Positions 38,438-53,800 are shown, counted from the first letter of the stretch. The stretch is DNA of 64,000 nucleotides from Dimorphilus gyrociliatus (GCA_904063045.1 CAJFCJ010000007.1:86793-150792), one strand, 5' to 3'. Made by a program: numbers and translations. The notes: generated from the sequence alone by a model not told the origin.

Positions 38438-41400
38438 TGTTATTAATTTTTTTAAAAATGTATGCAGTTAAACTAGACTGAATAAAAATTAATCTAAACA
38501 CGCAAAAAAAGGATTAAGAAAAAATAATAATAAGATTATAGAGCGTTTTCTTACCTAACCAATACAAATTATCGATTTCTAATCAATTCAACGATTATTC
38601 GCGCCTTTAGAAAAAAATATGTATTTTAGGCCTAAAACAATTTAAAAGAAAAACTTGTTGCACGTTGAAACGGAAATTATTTATGACGGAAAAAGCACTT
38701 GGTATTTCAGTAAAGTTGACTTAAATTGTTTTTCTTCCCCTCCAACTTGTCAACACAATCATTATGGTCTTAAGCACCGGATCAATAATCTTTGAAGAAT
38801 GAGATTAATACGTGTTTGCTTACTAATAGCAAATTTCATAAGCCTAGAGGAGATTTTAACGCCTGGTCATGGGTCATCTGGCCACCAGCTGCGTGCAAAC
38901 AAAAAGTAAAATGTTTTATGCTCTTTTTTTATTGAAGCAGTTCGATAACACTTGAAACAGAAAGGGCTTCTAATATTCTTCACCATATTTTTTTCATAGG
39001 CTGAGTCTAGTTTTTATTGTAAGTCCAAACAAATAACAAACAGAATAGGCCATAAAAATCCTATACAGAGAAAGACTATACAATGATAGTTCACCTGCTA
39101 TTTATCAAATCTGTATGGATTATTATGCTTATTATTTATTTAAGAAAAAAATATTCCGAAAAGGAAGCAATAGAAAAACCCTAAAAGGTAAGACATAATA
39201 TTGATTAGAATAAAGAAAATGCAAATTAGAGACATACAAATAAACCTACGCATGCAATTCAATAAAATATATATATAAGATTATGTTTGAACATATATTA
39301 AGTCATATAATTCAAGAAAGGGCTCCTTGTTTCCTAAATAATATTGATTAAATATTTTATTAGGATGCTTTATTATTATTTCATAAATCAATCTATGATA
39401 AAAAAGATTTATGTGCTTTAAAGAGTATTTTCTTTATTTCTCTACTTCGTCTCCGAAAGAAGCAGGTACTTGAGGAATTTTTTTATAGTTTGTTTCCTAT
39501 ATAGTTCGTTTAGAAATTGGGTAAATGTTTTCTTAACCAGGTTGTTTGGTAAAGTTTATTTTTTAAATTTAAGGCCAAATATCTATTAACGGATATATTT
39601 AAAAAGAAAAACATAAGGAAAAAATAAAAGAAAGTGATGAATAAGCATTTGTCGTGTAGAATCTTGTTCAATAAAGTATATTTTATATTATTTAATAAGC
39701 TTTCTATATAATTTTTAATCAGTTTCTAAACATTACATAATCTTTACCTGACACCCCTTACCCCCTCCCCTCCCGTCTCCCTCAACCTTTCTTTCCCAAA
39801 AAAGCTTAAATTTTTGCTTTGAGTACTTTTTCCGTACTAAAAACATACAGATATTGTTATTCTCTGCACTTTTCCAGTACATCTGGTCGGCTTCTTTTGA
39901 ACTTTTTAAAAACATATTTGAGTTGATGCTAAAAAGTAGCGCTTTCTTCTAGATCTCCCCCCTGCCTTAAGAGTGGAGAATGTGAGAAAGAAAAGTAATA
40001 TAAAATAATAATAAAAAACCGCATGACCTTAATCCCTAATATTTCTTCGAATTAGTATATAAAATTACATTAATAATCAACTTTTATTTCAACTAACGAG
40101 AATAAGAATACTAATAAAAAATATTCGAAATAAAGGTATATTACTTTCAGAAACAGGAAAAGTATAAATTTAATATGTTCTTTTCGTATTATATTAATAA
40201 TAATACGGTTATTCACAAATTAGTAATACTCTTTGTATCAGCTTTTGAATGAAATGCACTCATTAACCTCTTCTATTTTAAACAAACTCCTTTTAACTTT
40301 ATCTCTTGTGACCGAATTCTAACTTGAAAAGTAAGTCTATTCAGGCATGAAAAGCTGTGTTGGTTGAATGAAGGCTAAATATCTGTATAACTATAAATAA
40401 TATATAACAAATATATATATATATATTTATATATATATTCCAATATATATATATATATGTAGGAGAAATTTTACAACGCAGGGTTAATAGATAATATGTA
40501 TCATATGCACTGTGTTTATTCATAAATATTTAAATAAACGCGACGGATTGATTGAAAATGTAAATGACGAAATTTTTTTTATTGAAAACCTTGTGGTAAA
40601 AGTTGAAGACTGGCTGATAAGAAGCGTTTACCACCTTACAATACTCGTATACTTCTTTTCATTGAATCAATTCAATAACACTTCTAAAGAGCAAAAACAA
40701 CACAATTAAAAATTGACGTTGAGATTTAATATAATAAAGCGCGTGAGCATTTGGAAAATATGGCCGAAAATTGGTAATTTGAATCTCCAGAAAGATTTGA
40801 ATGAGAATTGAACTTGGCACGCTTTCAAGAGATTGAATATATCGCTTCGAGAATTTTTGAATGAAATCGAATGATTATGAATGGAGCTTCAACTGCGCTG
40901 TTCAGTCCATTCATAAATGAAAAAAAATTTCTCTTTGGTCGATTTCTTGTCTCTTTAAACATGTTTTCGTTTTCTTCTTTTCCATCTATCTCTTTTAAAT
41001 TTGTAAAAACTCCATAGTTTGTTAAATTTTATTGCGTATACACCTTTTTTTCCAATGTATTGAACAGAGGCTGGCAATTTACCAAATTCTTAGCGGCTAA
41101 ACAACTTTTAACTATAGATAAAGCTAAAGCTATACGTTGTTTTTGACAGACAGAATAGCTCCGCCCCTTTTCAATATGGCCTCTTTTTATATGAACTCTT
41201 TGAACATAAGCGTTTTTCAGAGCAACATCGTCTCTTCCTGATGCATCTTTTCCATGGAAATTCTAGGTTAGAAGAGATATCGCTGGAATAAACGGATTTC
41301 TCAACTATTTCCCTTCATTAATCGACTTAAATCGTTTCGGCGATTTGATCGATTTGATTCGTTTAGCTGAATGAGCGACAATAACAGCAACTATGTTCAA

Positions 41401-41460
41401 AACACTATCAACAAGGATGTACACCTGCAGTTCGGACGAACGTCCCACGTGATAACAGTG

Positions 41461-42738
41461 ATGAAATTTGCCTCGAAGAAATTAACTCTTTACTTGATCC
41501 TGATGAGCATCGTCCTTGTTGAAAGCGTAAACAACTCTACTGTGACTAATGACACTACTGGAGTGATTTCCTCTCCTACAAAAATATTAACGAACGAACC
41601 GAAAGTGAAACTTATCCCAGGTAAACTAAACTTTAAAATGTCTATTTTTCACTTTTACTTGTTCTCTTTTGTGTTTACCCTTTTTTTAACGTAAATTCTT
41701 TGATTTTATTTTAATTTTTCGATTCAGTATCTGTTTTTTTTTACGATAAGTTAAAGCTTTTTTTATGTTTCCTTTGCTTAAAAATCTTACTCTAAAATGA
41801 AGATTTATAATAAGTTTGGATTATTTTTTAAGTACTTATAACAGCTTTTACACATTTTAACATTTTAATCCTACAACCCACTTTGGTCTTCCTCTCATTT
41901 TCTCTTCGAGAAAAGAGTCTTTACTATATCTTTATTTTTTACTTGTTCTTGAATTCGTACCGTAGACATAAACAACTGAAGAGTTAATAAGAAACAATAG
42001 ATGAGATTATAGGAAGAACTATAAGAGAGGAACTTGGTCTTTCTTCTGTCTCTACTTGTCTTTATTTGTCGCTCTCTTAGTTCTCGTTTTGTTCAATATT
42101 TATACATATATATATATATATATAAGACCTGCCTATCTCTATATCTCTGTCTCTTTTCATTCCGTCTCAAATTTTTTTTGATCTATAACTTTTTCTATTC
42201 ATTAACTCGATATTGGTAAATGCAAATAGGTGATAAGTTTTATCACAGTAAACAAATGATAAGTGTTGAAAAAAAATTGCTTTAAAAAACAAAGTACATG
42301 TAGTATTTAGTTTCGCTAGATCTAGAAGAAACCAGAATTAAAAAATTGGCTTTTTTTTTCTTATCTATATATATATCTGGTATACGTATATATATATATA
42401 TTTAGATATATATTTTAAAATATTGGTCTTGACGTAATTAAGATTGAAAGACCATAAGTTGATATTTGTTTGAATTCAACCCGATCGGGCGATGAATTCA
42501 ATACCAGCACGAGCTAAAATTATGGAAATATTTAAGACGACTTAGCGCCTTCTGCGTCTTGATGTCCGACAGCTGAAAAATTTTTCTTGAAAGTTTTTTT
42601 TGTGCTAGCTTGAGTTATAGCCGATTTTTAACCAGTAGGCAAGTCGTCCTATTCATTTCATTCGACTCTTCACTTTTATGTAGACTATCGACATTTAGAC
42701 CTAAATCATAAAGGGTCGCTCGTTTCGTATCAGTATAA

Positions 42739-42772
<34 letters not shown>

Positions 42773-45571
42773 CATAAATCACGTGACATCCATTGATAAA
42801 AATTTTCAAGCTCGAAAAATCTTAGCTGTCAATTTTTTGAAAAAGACCCGTGGTCTCTTAATCTTTTAAAAGCCAATTACCGTCTCTGGAATTCGGACCA
42901 GGCTAACGAAATGATTCTTATTGGATAGAGCAAAAAGGTTTAAATTGTAGATATTGTAAATTTGCGGTACTCTGTGGCATGAATATTAATGAGATTTAAG
43001 TTGAGTAATATTACAAGTAGCGTAAACTAGATGAGAAAGTCTGGTTAGACTCTTTGTTGTCTGACCGCAAGGTTGCCTTGAGAGAAAGGTGGTTAGGTTC
43101 AAGGTTTAGCGTTTTACTTGCTTTTAATATGTCGAAAATCTGGTAACAAAATATTTTTCATTGTAAAACTGTTCACTTAAGCTGCAGCTTTCAACAGAGA
43201 TATGATCTAAAAACTGGATTACAGTGAGCAATCACTTGAGACGAATATTAGGCTTAGGCAGGAATTGTAATTGTATTATTATTATTATTAATAATAATAA
43301 CAATCTTAGTAGTAATGATAATAAATCTGATTATGATAAAATTAACTATTATGATGTAGCAGAACTGAGTACAAATAGCTTTAATAATGATAATAGTATT
43401 AATAGGTAAAAACATTACTAATAGCACAAATAATAAAATAGATATTAAAAAAGATTTTATTCCCTGAAAGAGGGAAAGTCTAAGAAATATCTTACAGGAA
43501 CAAATTATAGCATTTATCCTCAGATGTTTATGGTTGACCACATCTCCTTGTAAAGTCTATTACAGTATTGACATTTGAATAATAAATTTTTATTGACAAC
43601 TTTCATTTTAATAGACCCATTCTGCTTTATATTACGAATTAAAATAGTCTTCTATCAATCAATTCAGTATATAAATTCAAAGATGGAACGTTGGCTTTTT
43701 ATAAATTCCATATATATAGATATATGAAATTTCTACACTTTTTAATTTACCGCCTTAATAATATCATTGAACTTTTCGTTGACTTGGCCTATACCTTACT
43801 ATTTTTAAACGCTTTACATAAAATTAGAAGGAAAAAACACTGTTGATACTCAATTAGCAATCTATTGTCAATCCAAAGTGGGGGTGTATGTGTTTAGCGT
43901 GTGATGTCATGCGTTTTTTAGCTTTTGTTAAATATTTTTATCGAAATTCTTTATCTTCCATTAATAGCATTTTCACTTATTGGAGAATGGGAGGGAAGTT
44001 AAAATTACGTGGGTGTATTGGTTGTTTGCGTCACTAAATTCAAATTAAACTTAGATTATGACGTCATGAATTAGCTCAAATTGCAAGGATAAAAGAGTAT
44101 TTATATATATATATATATATTTGTAATTCCTGCATCGATTGACCCAGGATATCGTATAATCTCATAAAACTATAATTTTTGGACTCGAACGATTAGTTTT
44201 TTTTCATTGAATATTTTTGCACTTTCTTAGTCCTATTATTGTGGCATATAAGGCCTAAATGTAAAAAAGAATATTATATCTTTAAAACATTTGAAGGTAG
44301 AATTTAGTAGGTTGAAATTACTTAGGCCTAGCTAACAAATTAAACCCAAACCGTATGTCATATAGGTCTTTATGTTTTTTTATTTAATAATTTTTTTCCT
44401 ACCATATTTGGTTCAATTCTATATGTGAGAATGTAATATTAATAGGTAAAAACTAGTTTTAACATTCTTTTATTTGCCAATTCTCATTCTAGATTGATAT
44501 GTAATATCAACAGCAAAAAAATGCACCCACGCACTTACCGCATACACAGACAGACATACACACATGAACACTCGTGCATATATTTCTTTTATAACACTTA
44601 ATTAATTGAAAAAAAGATACTCTTTCCGATAACTTTTAGTACAATAAATAATAATAAAGTTGTTATATAAATTTATTAATTTAAAGTAATAAATTATAAT
44701 AGTTGCTCTTTTGCTTTATGAATAACTAATTTACTACGATGTGACAATAACAGTGACAGTACGCTCAACTCTATAGATAGGTTTAACAAAAAGGTTTATT
44801 CTACTTAACAAACGGGTCTTCGCGAGGGCGTGGAATCTGACATTCGGAACATATTTTCAATCAATTTTTTTTTCTTTTTATAGAGGAACTATTATACTAT
44901 CATATTATATTATTACTAATATTTTTTTTATTCATATTACCATTTATTATCATTATCATCATTTTAATATTTAAGTAATAATTTTTCAATTAATCATAAT
45001 ATCACTAATATTAAAAATAGAATAATTCTCATGATAGAAAAAATCTTCCTCTACAGAAGTTGAACTGCTCGGAGACATTTTTAGCTGCATGCAGGCGACG
45101 TCAAGTAGTACATTTTCTATTGAAAAGGAGGAAGAAAAGTGTGAAACTGTGGTACCGATTAAGCACACAATTTGTACTGGAAGGTGCTATAAGGCCGATG
45201 CCATTGAACTTCCCCGAAAATTTAGGAAGTACGAAGAAAGGCGAACATGCGTCGAAGATCAATTAGAAGAGAGAAGGATAGCTTTTACCTGTATAGATAA
45301 ACGTACTTCGAAAAAGAAGATGAAGAAGTTTCCCATTGTAATCGTCAAGAGCTGTAAATGCGTTGTGATAAAAAAGACTCCTAATTACACTCGGTCAAAG
45401 TCGGATAGGCCGTCTGTGCGGCATACTGGCAGACGTATTCGAGAGCATCGGAAAGCTGTGAAGGAACTAGCAAAAATAAGAAGAAGGAAGAGGAGAAGAC
45501 GAATAAGAATGAGAAATGAGAGGATCAGGTTGAGGCACCAGAGGCATCGAAATTCGACAAAACGAACATGA
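41461..45571 (+). CDS. Secreted DAN-superfamily cystine-knot protein, sclerostin/SOSTDC1-like, 2 exons, 224 aa
   Basis: Exon 1 (41461-41620) encodes a signal peptide (MKFASKKLTLYLILMSIVLVES) and N-glycosylation sequons, with a phase-1 donor GTAAAC. Exon 2 (45057-45571, acceptor CTCTACAG) has 8 Cys spaced C-x17-C-x10-CTGRC-x20-C-x13-C-x20-CKC, followed by a basic tail. An in-frame upstream ATG exists at 41371. Confidence 0.88.
44058..44067. promoter_or_regulatory. Perfect CRE/ATF palindrome in the intron of the cystine-knot gene
   Basis: ATGACGTCAT, with the related TGCGTCA and TGATGTCA within 170 bp upstream. Confidence 0.3.
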
Positions 45572-45743
45572 TGAAGTGGAAACAAGAGCCTTTCGCGACT
45601 TTTTTGTTTTCTTCTGTGAGATGAGTGCAATATACTATTTGTTGTTTTCCCCTCCCCCTCCCCCTCCCCCAGCTTCGTGCCCCCTACTGTTCCTGCAGTT
45701 CCTTCTCAGTCAACAAACGAACAAAATAACCAATAACCAGATC

Positions 45744-45764
45744 TGACCTTGAACTCTGTGACCT
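45744..45764. promoter_or_regulatory. Three tandem nuclear-receptor half-sites (DR0 plus DR3)
   Basis: TGACCT-TGAACT-ctg-TGACCT, about 170 bp after the cystine-knot stop codon. Confidence 0.3.
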
Positions 45765-46897
45765 GGGAGCGTCTAAGAATTCCAGCGTGGATTGGTGCTC
45801 TGTTAAAAAAAGGCTCAACGCTTACAGAAACCCGGTTCGGACGGTGACCAGTCCATTACTGCAGAGTATTTTATTGAAAAAAGAGTTGAGCGTATGCTCT
45901 CAGGGTTTTTACTGTTTGTACATATAATTATTACTCATGTATTACAAGAACAACGTTGGCCTAATAAATATGAATAGTGCGTTTGCTAAAAAAAAAAACG
46001 AGACATTAAAACATTATTCAATTTAAAATGTTATTAGGCTTTTAATTGATATTGTTCAATTCATTCTTTTATCCAAGTATAGATGTCAAGGTTTATTTGT
46101 TGTTTTTCTCGGAGAAATTGTATTATATTGACCCAATAATACATAGGTACTATAAATAATTAAAATGCACCTTAACCTTCAAAGCCATTATCTATGATTA
46201 ACGATTAGATCATTTTATGATTTAAAGATTAGAAAAAAAAAATTCGCATCTATTCGGGTTCTTGTATAATTGTCAGATTTAGTATTATTTTTAATATAGC
46301 CCTAGGCTGACAAACCTTTTTTGTTTTTTTTAAAAAAAAAGGTAACTAGTTTATTTTTTATTTTGAGTTTTCATTAATGAACAATTGTTAAATTATTAAG
46401 TGTGAATTTTTTATATATATTACATTATTAAGAAATAACTCAAAACGAAACTAGAAAAAAAGAGAAGATGTACTGAAATATCTCTTTTTCCAAATTTAGT
46501 TTAAAAAATTGATTACACTGTTAAAAAACTTGGATAAAATTCCTTTAAAAGACAAATCTCTTTTGTTTATTATCTTTACACCTTATCTGTTATTTTTTTT
46601 TACAACATTCCGCTCCAAAAGTTCAAAAGTGAAATTTATTTTATGGTTCCATTTCTTTTTTGTAATCTACTGTTAATAAATTAATAAATCGTGCATTATC
46701 TAAAAATAAATCCCTTTATATCGATCACCCACGCTTACATTTTTATTTATCGGGTATCATACAAAGGAGAGAATTGATTTAATTAAGTGTAAAATGAAAT
46801 GAAAAAAATAGGATAAGGTATACATTGAAATCGTATTTCCTACGAAAATGTTGTTAATGCTTTAGGATATACTAACCATAGAAGAACTGTATATACC

Positions 46898-46934
<37 letters not shown>

Positions 46935-47819
46935 TATTTGCATATCTTTTATTGTATAATATATTTATTTATATAATGTATATTAATATATTCAAAAAAA
47001 ATACATTGACATTTTTTTAATTGATAACTGTTTATTACAAATGGAAACGTGCTCTTAGTATCATGAGCAAGTGTTTTTTTACCGGTAAAATGACTTTAAT
47101 GTAAGTCATAGTATAATCATTAAAAGATATCAAAACAGGACGTATAGGTCATTATTAACGTACTGGATCGGAGTGCTTTCGAATATAATTTCCTTTCCTC
47201 AAAATACTTTAAAAGTTTTCTCATATGGTAAAAAATATCTAATTTGTCTCATTCGATTTTTTTTATTTTCAGATAGAAAATTTAGAATTAAAGCAGTTCA
47301 AGAGAGATCAAGTGTTTTTTCTCTGTAGATCACTTACAAGAAAAAGAAAATCTCCTAGCTATACTCTTTTCAATAAGGTCAAAACGTAGGTACTCAAACC
47401 TTAACCACTAAATAACACACGAATATAATTATATAATAAAGAACACCTTGACAATGACCTTATGCATCGATTTCGAACTTAAAAGCGTTTACTGAACCTA
47501 TTTGACTAAGAATTCAATAGCATTAAATACGTTCTTCTAAAAGTAATTAAACACAATGTTATGAAAAAGTGATATAGTTTACCAAGAACCAAATATATTA
47601 CGCGTCTATTAAACCTTGGAACATTTTATCGATTATTGAGAGTGATTGATTAGGCGGTGATATAATTGATAAAAATCGGCTGGCATTAAGCGCGTATTTT
47701 ATATTTTCGTCCTAGCGCGCTTTTGTTTGAACAGAAAAACCGCAGAGCGCTTTTTCTTTTCCTAAGTGCTTATCGAACACTTGATAGGCCTGCAGAAGAT
47801 ATCTTGAAGAAAAAAGAAA

Positions 47820-47855
<36 letters not shown>

Positions 47856-50800
47856 TGAAATTATATTTTTATATTATTATATAAAATATATATATATATT
47901 TAAATATTTAAATACACATATTGGTTCTAATCATGTATACCTCCTACGTAATATATTCATACATGTATTCATACTTTGTCCTAATACTAGAGTCTTAGTT
48001 GAACAGATACACACTTATTTATATTAAAATATATAGCATATATGTATTCAAAATATATTTATATTATAATCTTAGATATATGATTTATTCCATATCTATA
48101 CATTAACAAATTTATTTTATTAATTTATTCATATTTTAAAAACGGATACTATAGAACAGCAAATAGAAAATTTGACATATTATGGATATTAATACATAAC
48201 ATATTCAGATAGCGCTTCTACTACAAAACCGCAAATCGTACTAGCACTCCAAAAAGTAAATATGTAAATGAGTAGATGAAAATGTAGAATTTACTATTTG
48301 CTCGCCGACTTTAGTGGAGTCTCGATTTTTATTGATTTAAGCATTTTTGTAACTATTTACGTACAAAAGACGCGGCTGGTCTTGTCTAAATATAAGAACG
48401 AAAAAAAGACGAAAGAAGAATTTTCTTCTCTCGCTCCTGTCTTTCTTTTTTTTCCCCTCTCTTTTTTTAATTCCATTGTTCTGTATTTTATTCCTCTTTT
48501 CTTTTTCTTTTCTTATTTCTCCTTAATTTTGCTCTTACTTTCTTCCTTCTCTTGTGTCTGTGTCATTTACCCAATCTATCTATCTTTTTCGTCTCTTTTT
48601 CTTCCCTCGTTCTCATTCTCTCTCTCTCTCGCTCGCTCGCTCTCCCTTTACGCCTACATATTTAGTAAGCCTTATTGAACGAAAATAAAAAAAATTTCGA
48701 TTTTTTTAAAAGCAATTTCTACGGTAAATAGACAAAAAGGGGTGTTAAGGAGTTTAAATATAGAGAGGGACGTCAAAATCCTAACAGTACACGTTAAAGA
48801 CACGCGCCAATCGACTTTTCTGCTTTTTTCAACTTTATCACGGTTTAAGATAAGCGCTATCAGTGTCTAATTATGAATATTTGAGTACTCGATCTTATCA
48901 ATCCGATCTAGTTTAAGGAAAAGATCGTAAATTATGACAATAGGGGGCGCACTCAATATCTTTCTCAAAAAGACATCTGTTGGCCGAAAGACATCAACGA
49001 GTTATACTTTTTTCGACGATAAAAATCGCATATTAATAAATTTTCACCGTTGTTAATGTGGGAGAGTATAATAGATTAAGATACATAATAACTCGGTGTG
49101 AGAAGTATGTGGCTTAATATTGATTATTAAGCGATTAGTGAGGGATATAGACATATTAAAGAAAAATAATTTAATTACTGGCAATTTAAATAGAACGAAA
49201 ATTTCTATTATTAATATTATTGAGATTATTATTGAACACAAGTCTAATTATATATTCAAATTTATGCATTTATAACAGTTATACATATATATATTTATAT
49301 TAGTATATATATGACTTGCTTCGTGTACAAACTTTCTGCGAATTTAATGTAACTTGAAAGCAGAAAAAATAACAGTTCCTTATCAAAATACAAGAGAATA
49401 TTACTATTATACATATACGGCATATAGAGCTAATTTTTAGCTTATTTTGACTCTTAAATATAATATTTAAAAGGAATTACAGCATTTTGATATTGGCGAT
49501 TTAATTTAATACAAATTCTGTATCCTAGTTGTTGCGAAGTTAATTCACAGATAGAAAGCTAAAGTCGGGAGCAAATTTTAAACGGATTTTAGGAATATAT
49601 AGTATATGCATATCATAAAATCGATCTTTATTCAATACATTAAAAAAAGAGAAAAGAAAAAAAAACATACGTAAAACGTTGTCGTTCATTGATAAATAAA
49701 AGAATATTCTCTTTTCTATAAAAATCTTTTATTTTGTGTCTTTATAAGGGAAAATATTCCAATTATTTCATTTTTATAGGTTTTTCCTTCTGTGAACACT
49801 CTCTAAGTATATTTAGATATAAAAATCTCTTTCTTTTCTATTTTTAGATATATATATAGTATATATATATATATATATATAATTCCCCTTTTTTTCAAAA
49901 ACAGTATATCATAATATGTCAATAATTATCTTTATTATTTAGACATTTTCACGATATTTTCATAATACAAAGCAAAAAAAATGAAAAGAAAACTAATAAT
50001 TACTACTTTCAATATAGAAATTAATCAATTTATTTCTAAGAAGTCATTTAACAAAGTATCATTTTTTCTCATATTCCTTTTTATTATATATCATTATTTG
50101 TATAAAAAAAAATATTAGCACATATATAAACATATAGATAAAAAGTAAATAAAGGAAAAAAAAAAGGACGAGCTATACACTTTAAGGGATTTTTTTTTTT
50201 TTGCTGTATGTTAAGTAGAAAATATATATATGTGGAATTAGATATGCTTAGACTGTTATTTGTGATATTTCTATACTATTTTTTTTTTGATTTGTATATT
50301 CATTTATAATTTATTAACTTTTAACCTTTTGCCAATTTTATAATCTTTGTTACAGTTTAACTTTTTATCATTTATATATATGTATATATATATATTTATA
50401 TGTACTGTATATAATAAAGCATATATATACTAATACATATTCATATATACACTCACGTACACATACACACACACACATATTCACATCCATTCATATATAC
50501 AATACATATTTTTTGGAAAAATATTAACTGACTAGATTAACAACAGATGGCGTAAAAATATAGATAGCGAAAAATAAAAGAGAATGATAAAATGATAGAT
50601 TGATAGACCGAAAAGCTTTATATATATTTATAAAAAAGTAGATGAATAGGAAACGAAAAAAAAAAGCTATAAAAGTTAGAATAAAGAAAAGAGATATAAA
50701 GAGATGACTTTTCCTTTTTTCTCTCATCTTCTTCCCTGTAAGTTATCCATGAAATTAGTAAAAAAAATTTCCGTTTTTTAATATCGTTAATAAACTTAAT

Positions 50801-53800
50801 TATTATTGAAGTGCTTACGTTTTTTTTAGATTCCCAAACTGGATTTTTTAATGAGCGTTATCCTTCTACGCCTAATTGGGATAAAAATATATATCCAATT
50901 GATAATTTATCACAAATATAAATATATAGAAATTAGATTATAAATTAGAAAAATTCCTAGAGAAAAAAAGATAGATAGGGGGAAAATACATTGAAATTAT
51001 TCATTTGGAAGTAAATGTTACTCTTTTCCTTTTATAAGTTCATCTGGCGTGGTAAAGTCAGTATACACACTATATATTACCGTATATAAGCGCATTAACG
51101 GAAGTACCAGCTTTTGCCGAGTGAAATGGAAAAGCCGCGGTTAATTTAACCATTATTTCTCAAATTCTTTCATTGAGTATGAAATGAAAGGGAAAAAAGG
51201 GGAATTTCTCTCTTTTTCTTTTTTTTTTTCAATTTTTCACTCCCTCTTTTTTAGCTGTTGAAAAGGTAAGAATAGAATACTTTTCAATAACAAAAAAATG
51301 CATTTTATGACTATTAAAAGGCTAATTGTTTTTTAAATATCAATATACCTATTTTTATCTAACTTGTTCATAATTAACTACTTTTTAAGTTACTTGAACG
51401 ATAACAAATAGAATGTTATCTATGATATTTAATACAGAACTAATAAAATAGTAAAAAAAAGGTTGAATTTAGTTTGTCTATTTGATTGATTTCTACTTGT
51501 TAAGATTAGTAGAGAAATAAGCGATGATAGGTTTAATTTTAAAATAATAATAGTAATAATAATATAAAAATAAATAAATATGATAAGGAAGAGATAAAAT
51601 AGATAAGGAATTTAAATTCTACTTAAAAAGTTTACTATAAAATAAAGGCAGAAATGTTAAAACAAGCACAAAAATTGAGAGAAAACTTGTAGACATCTAT
51701 CGGTCGTTTCAAACGTGAAAATCGATGATGTTTTGTCGACAAACTCGCATCTACACGCTTATCCCTTAACATATATTGGGCAAGTTTGCAAATTTAATAG
51801 AGCAGATTGAGAATTTCAAAAGTAATTTCCTGAACGTACAAATAAAAAGAAATAAGAAACGCTAATAGAATAAAAAATAAAGTTGCGCAATTAGTAGCTA
51901 CTTTCAATTCTTGTCGTCTTGACCTCTTTCGTTCTTAAACGCCATACGTAGCGAATAGAAACAAAATGGCTTCCATGATAAGCCTATAAAGTTTGCCATA
52001 GTTCTGGTGCATGTTGACAAAGACTGGCGTACAACTGTAACGATACCACTATTCCATTTTCCTTACTTCCGCTTTCGATCGACCACTAATTTTTAATGGT
52101 GATGTGAGCGTTTAGTGACCGAAACGTATTTAATGCGGATTATTTGGCTCCCTTTCTCATTCTTATTATCTCAATATGATGATTTTTCTAAAATGTATGT
52201 ATGGATTTTTTCAATTCTTTTCCTCAAAATTATTTTCCTTTTCATTTTATTATTAAAGAAAAATGTTCAAAGAGGAAAAAAATTTAGCCGCTAAAAACTT
52301 CATTCGTATTTATCAATATTCAAAAAATTAATTACATAAATATATATAACATAGGGCTTTTTTTCTTACTGAAACTTGTTGGAAAAACATTAATTTCCTT
52401 CTCAATGACCAGTTTTTTTTAATTTACTGGGTAAATAATCTATACAGTTGTTTTGTTTACAAACACTACAAGGTCCTCCAATACTTTGCGAATCAGTATT
52501 GTTTTAAGGATATCATTTAGCTAAAAGAAATATATTTATGTAGGTAAATATACATAGATATGTTATATACTATACAATATACTGTGCATAGTATACTGAG
52601 TATACTTGTATTTACGCCTATTCGCTTATATATAAAATTCTTTTTTTTACAGAATATACTTATATATATATTTATATACTGTATATTGAATAATTTGTAT
52701 TTATATATTCTCTATACTGCATCAAAACCTGTATCAGATCAAGCGTAACTAAAAACTCGATTTCTGCCCCAACAAATTTCTGATAGCGTCGAAAATTGCA
52801 GTTGCTTACTGCTTCTACAAGCTTTATCCGTTTAAATCTAACGGAGACAAGGTTATTTCTCTAGTAAGGCCAAAAAGGAGAGTAGGGAATTTTTGTCTTA
52901 CCGCTATAATTCCGTTATCTGAAATGAATTAACAAATTTAATTGCTTTTAAGATGATTTACTTGTTTAATTATTTCATTCTATGGTTCGTAAATATTTAT
53001 ACTATTATGTCTACTTCGCTTCTCCTTTATCTATATCCTCTGTCTATTGAAACAATCGCTCGCTTTCCCTTCCTTTTTTACTCTTTTTCTCTTCCTATTC
53101 TATTTTCATCTTTTTCTTCCTTTTTATACGAATTCTCTTCGATAAAGTGTTGCATTCAGGGCTTACCAAGGCAATATATAATTAAGTGCTTCAACATAGT
53201 GCATTACCTTACCTTTCAAAAATTATTGGTATTTGATGGGAAATCCTTAGGTAGAGGTCTCCCCTTGATTTATAATCGAGGTTACGATCTGTAATTAACA
53301 AATATTTATCATATATACAGTATATACTACTATACTGTATATAAATATATAGTAGTATGTATATGAATATATATTCATTTTCTTTGTATCACTTAAAAAG
53401 CATTATGTAGGATAAATGATAAAGAAGAATAAGTATTGCTAGGATAAAAAAGAAGCTACATTGACTTCAGGTATTCATTTTTTGTCTGTATGAAAGATTC
53501 TTCTGATTGATTTTTTAGACAAAAAACCTTCTACTGTTCTTGTTATTCTTCACCAAACTTTTGATCCTTGAGCTCTTATGACTTATCAAAGATTCTATTT
53601 CATAGTGGTGAATGCCTTTGCACGTCGTGCTCTTTATAGTGTAAAAAATAGAGGAAATATTTATGATTATCTTTTTCTTTTTATCTATTTTTTATTTCAA
53701 TTTTATTTAAAGAGGGAAAGAAAAGAGAGAGAAAAGAAGGAATTAAACAAGTCAATAGATGCTTATACAACCCTTCAATATGTCTAAGCTGGTTGTATTA

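Noticed and set aside
43224-43541. Overlapping Ile/Asn-rich ORFs in the cystine-knot intron
   Set aside because: Produced by (ATT)/(AAT) low-complexity sequence.
52810-53290. Minus-strand exon-like units with GTAAG donors (e.g. DRNLDYKSRGDLYLRISHQIPIIFE)
   Set aside because: The phases are incompatible or need a 37-bp intron, shorter than any supported intron here; no coherent gene could be built.
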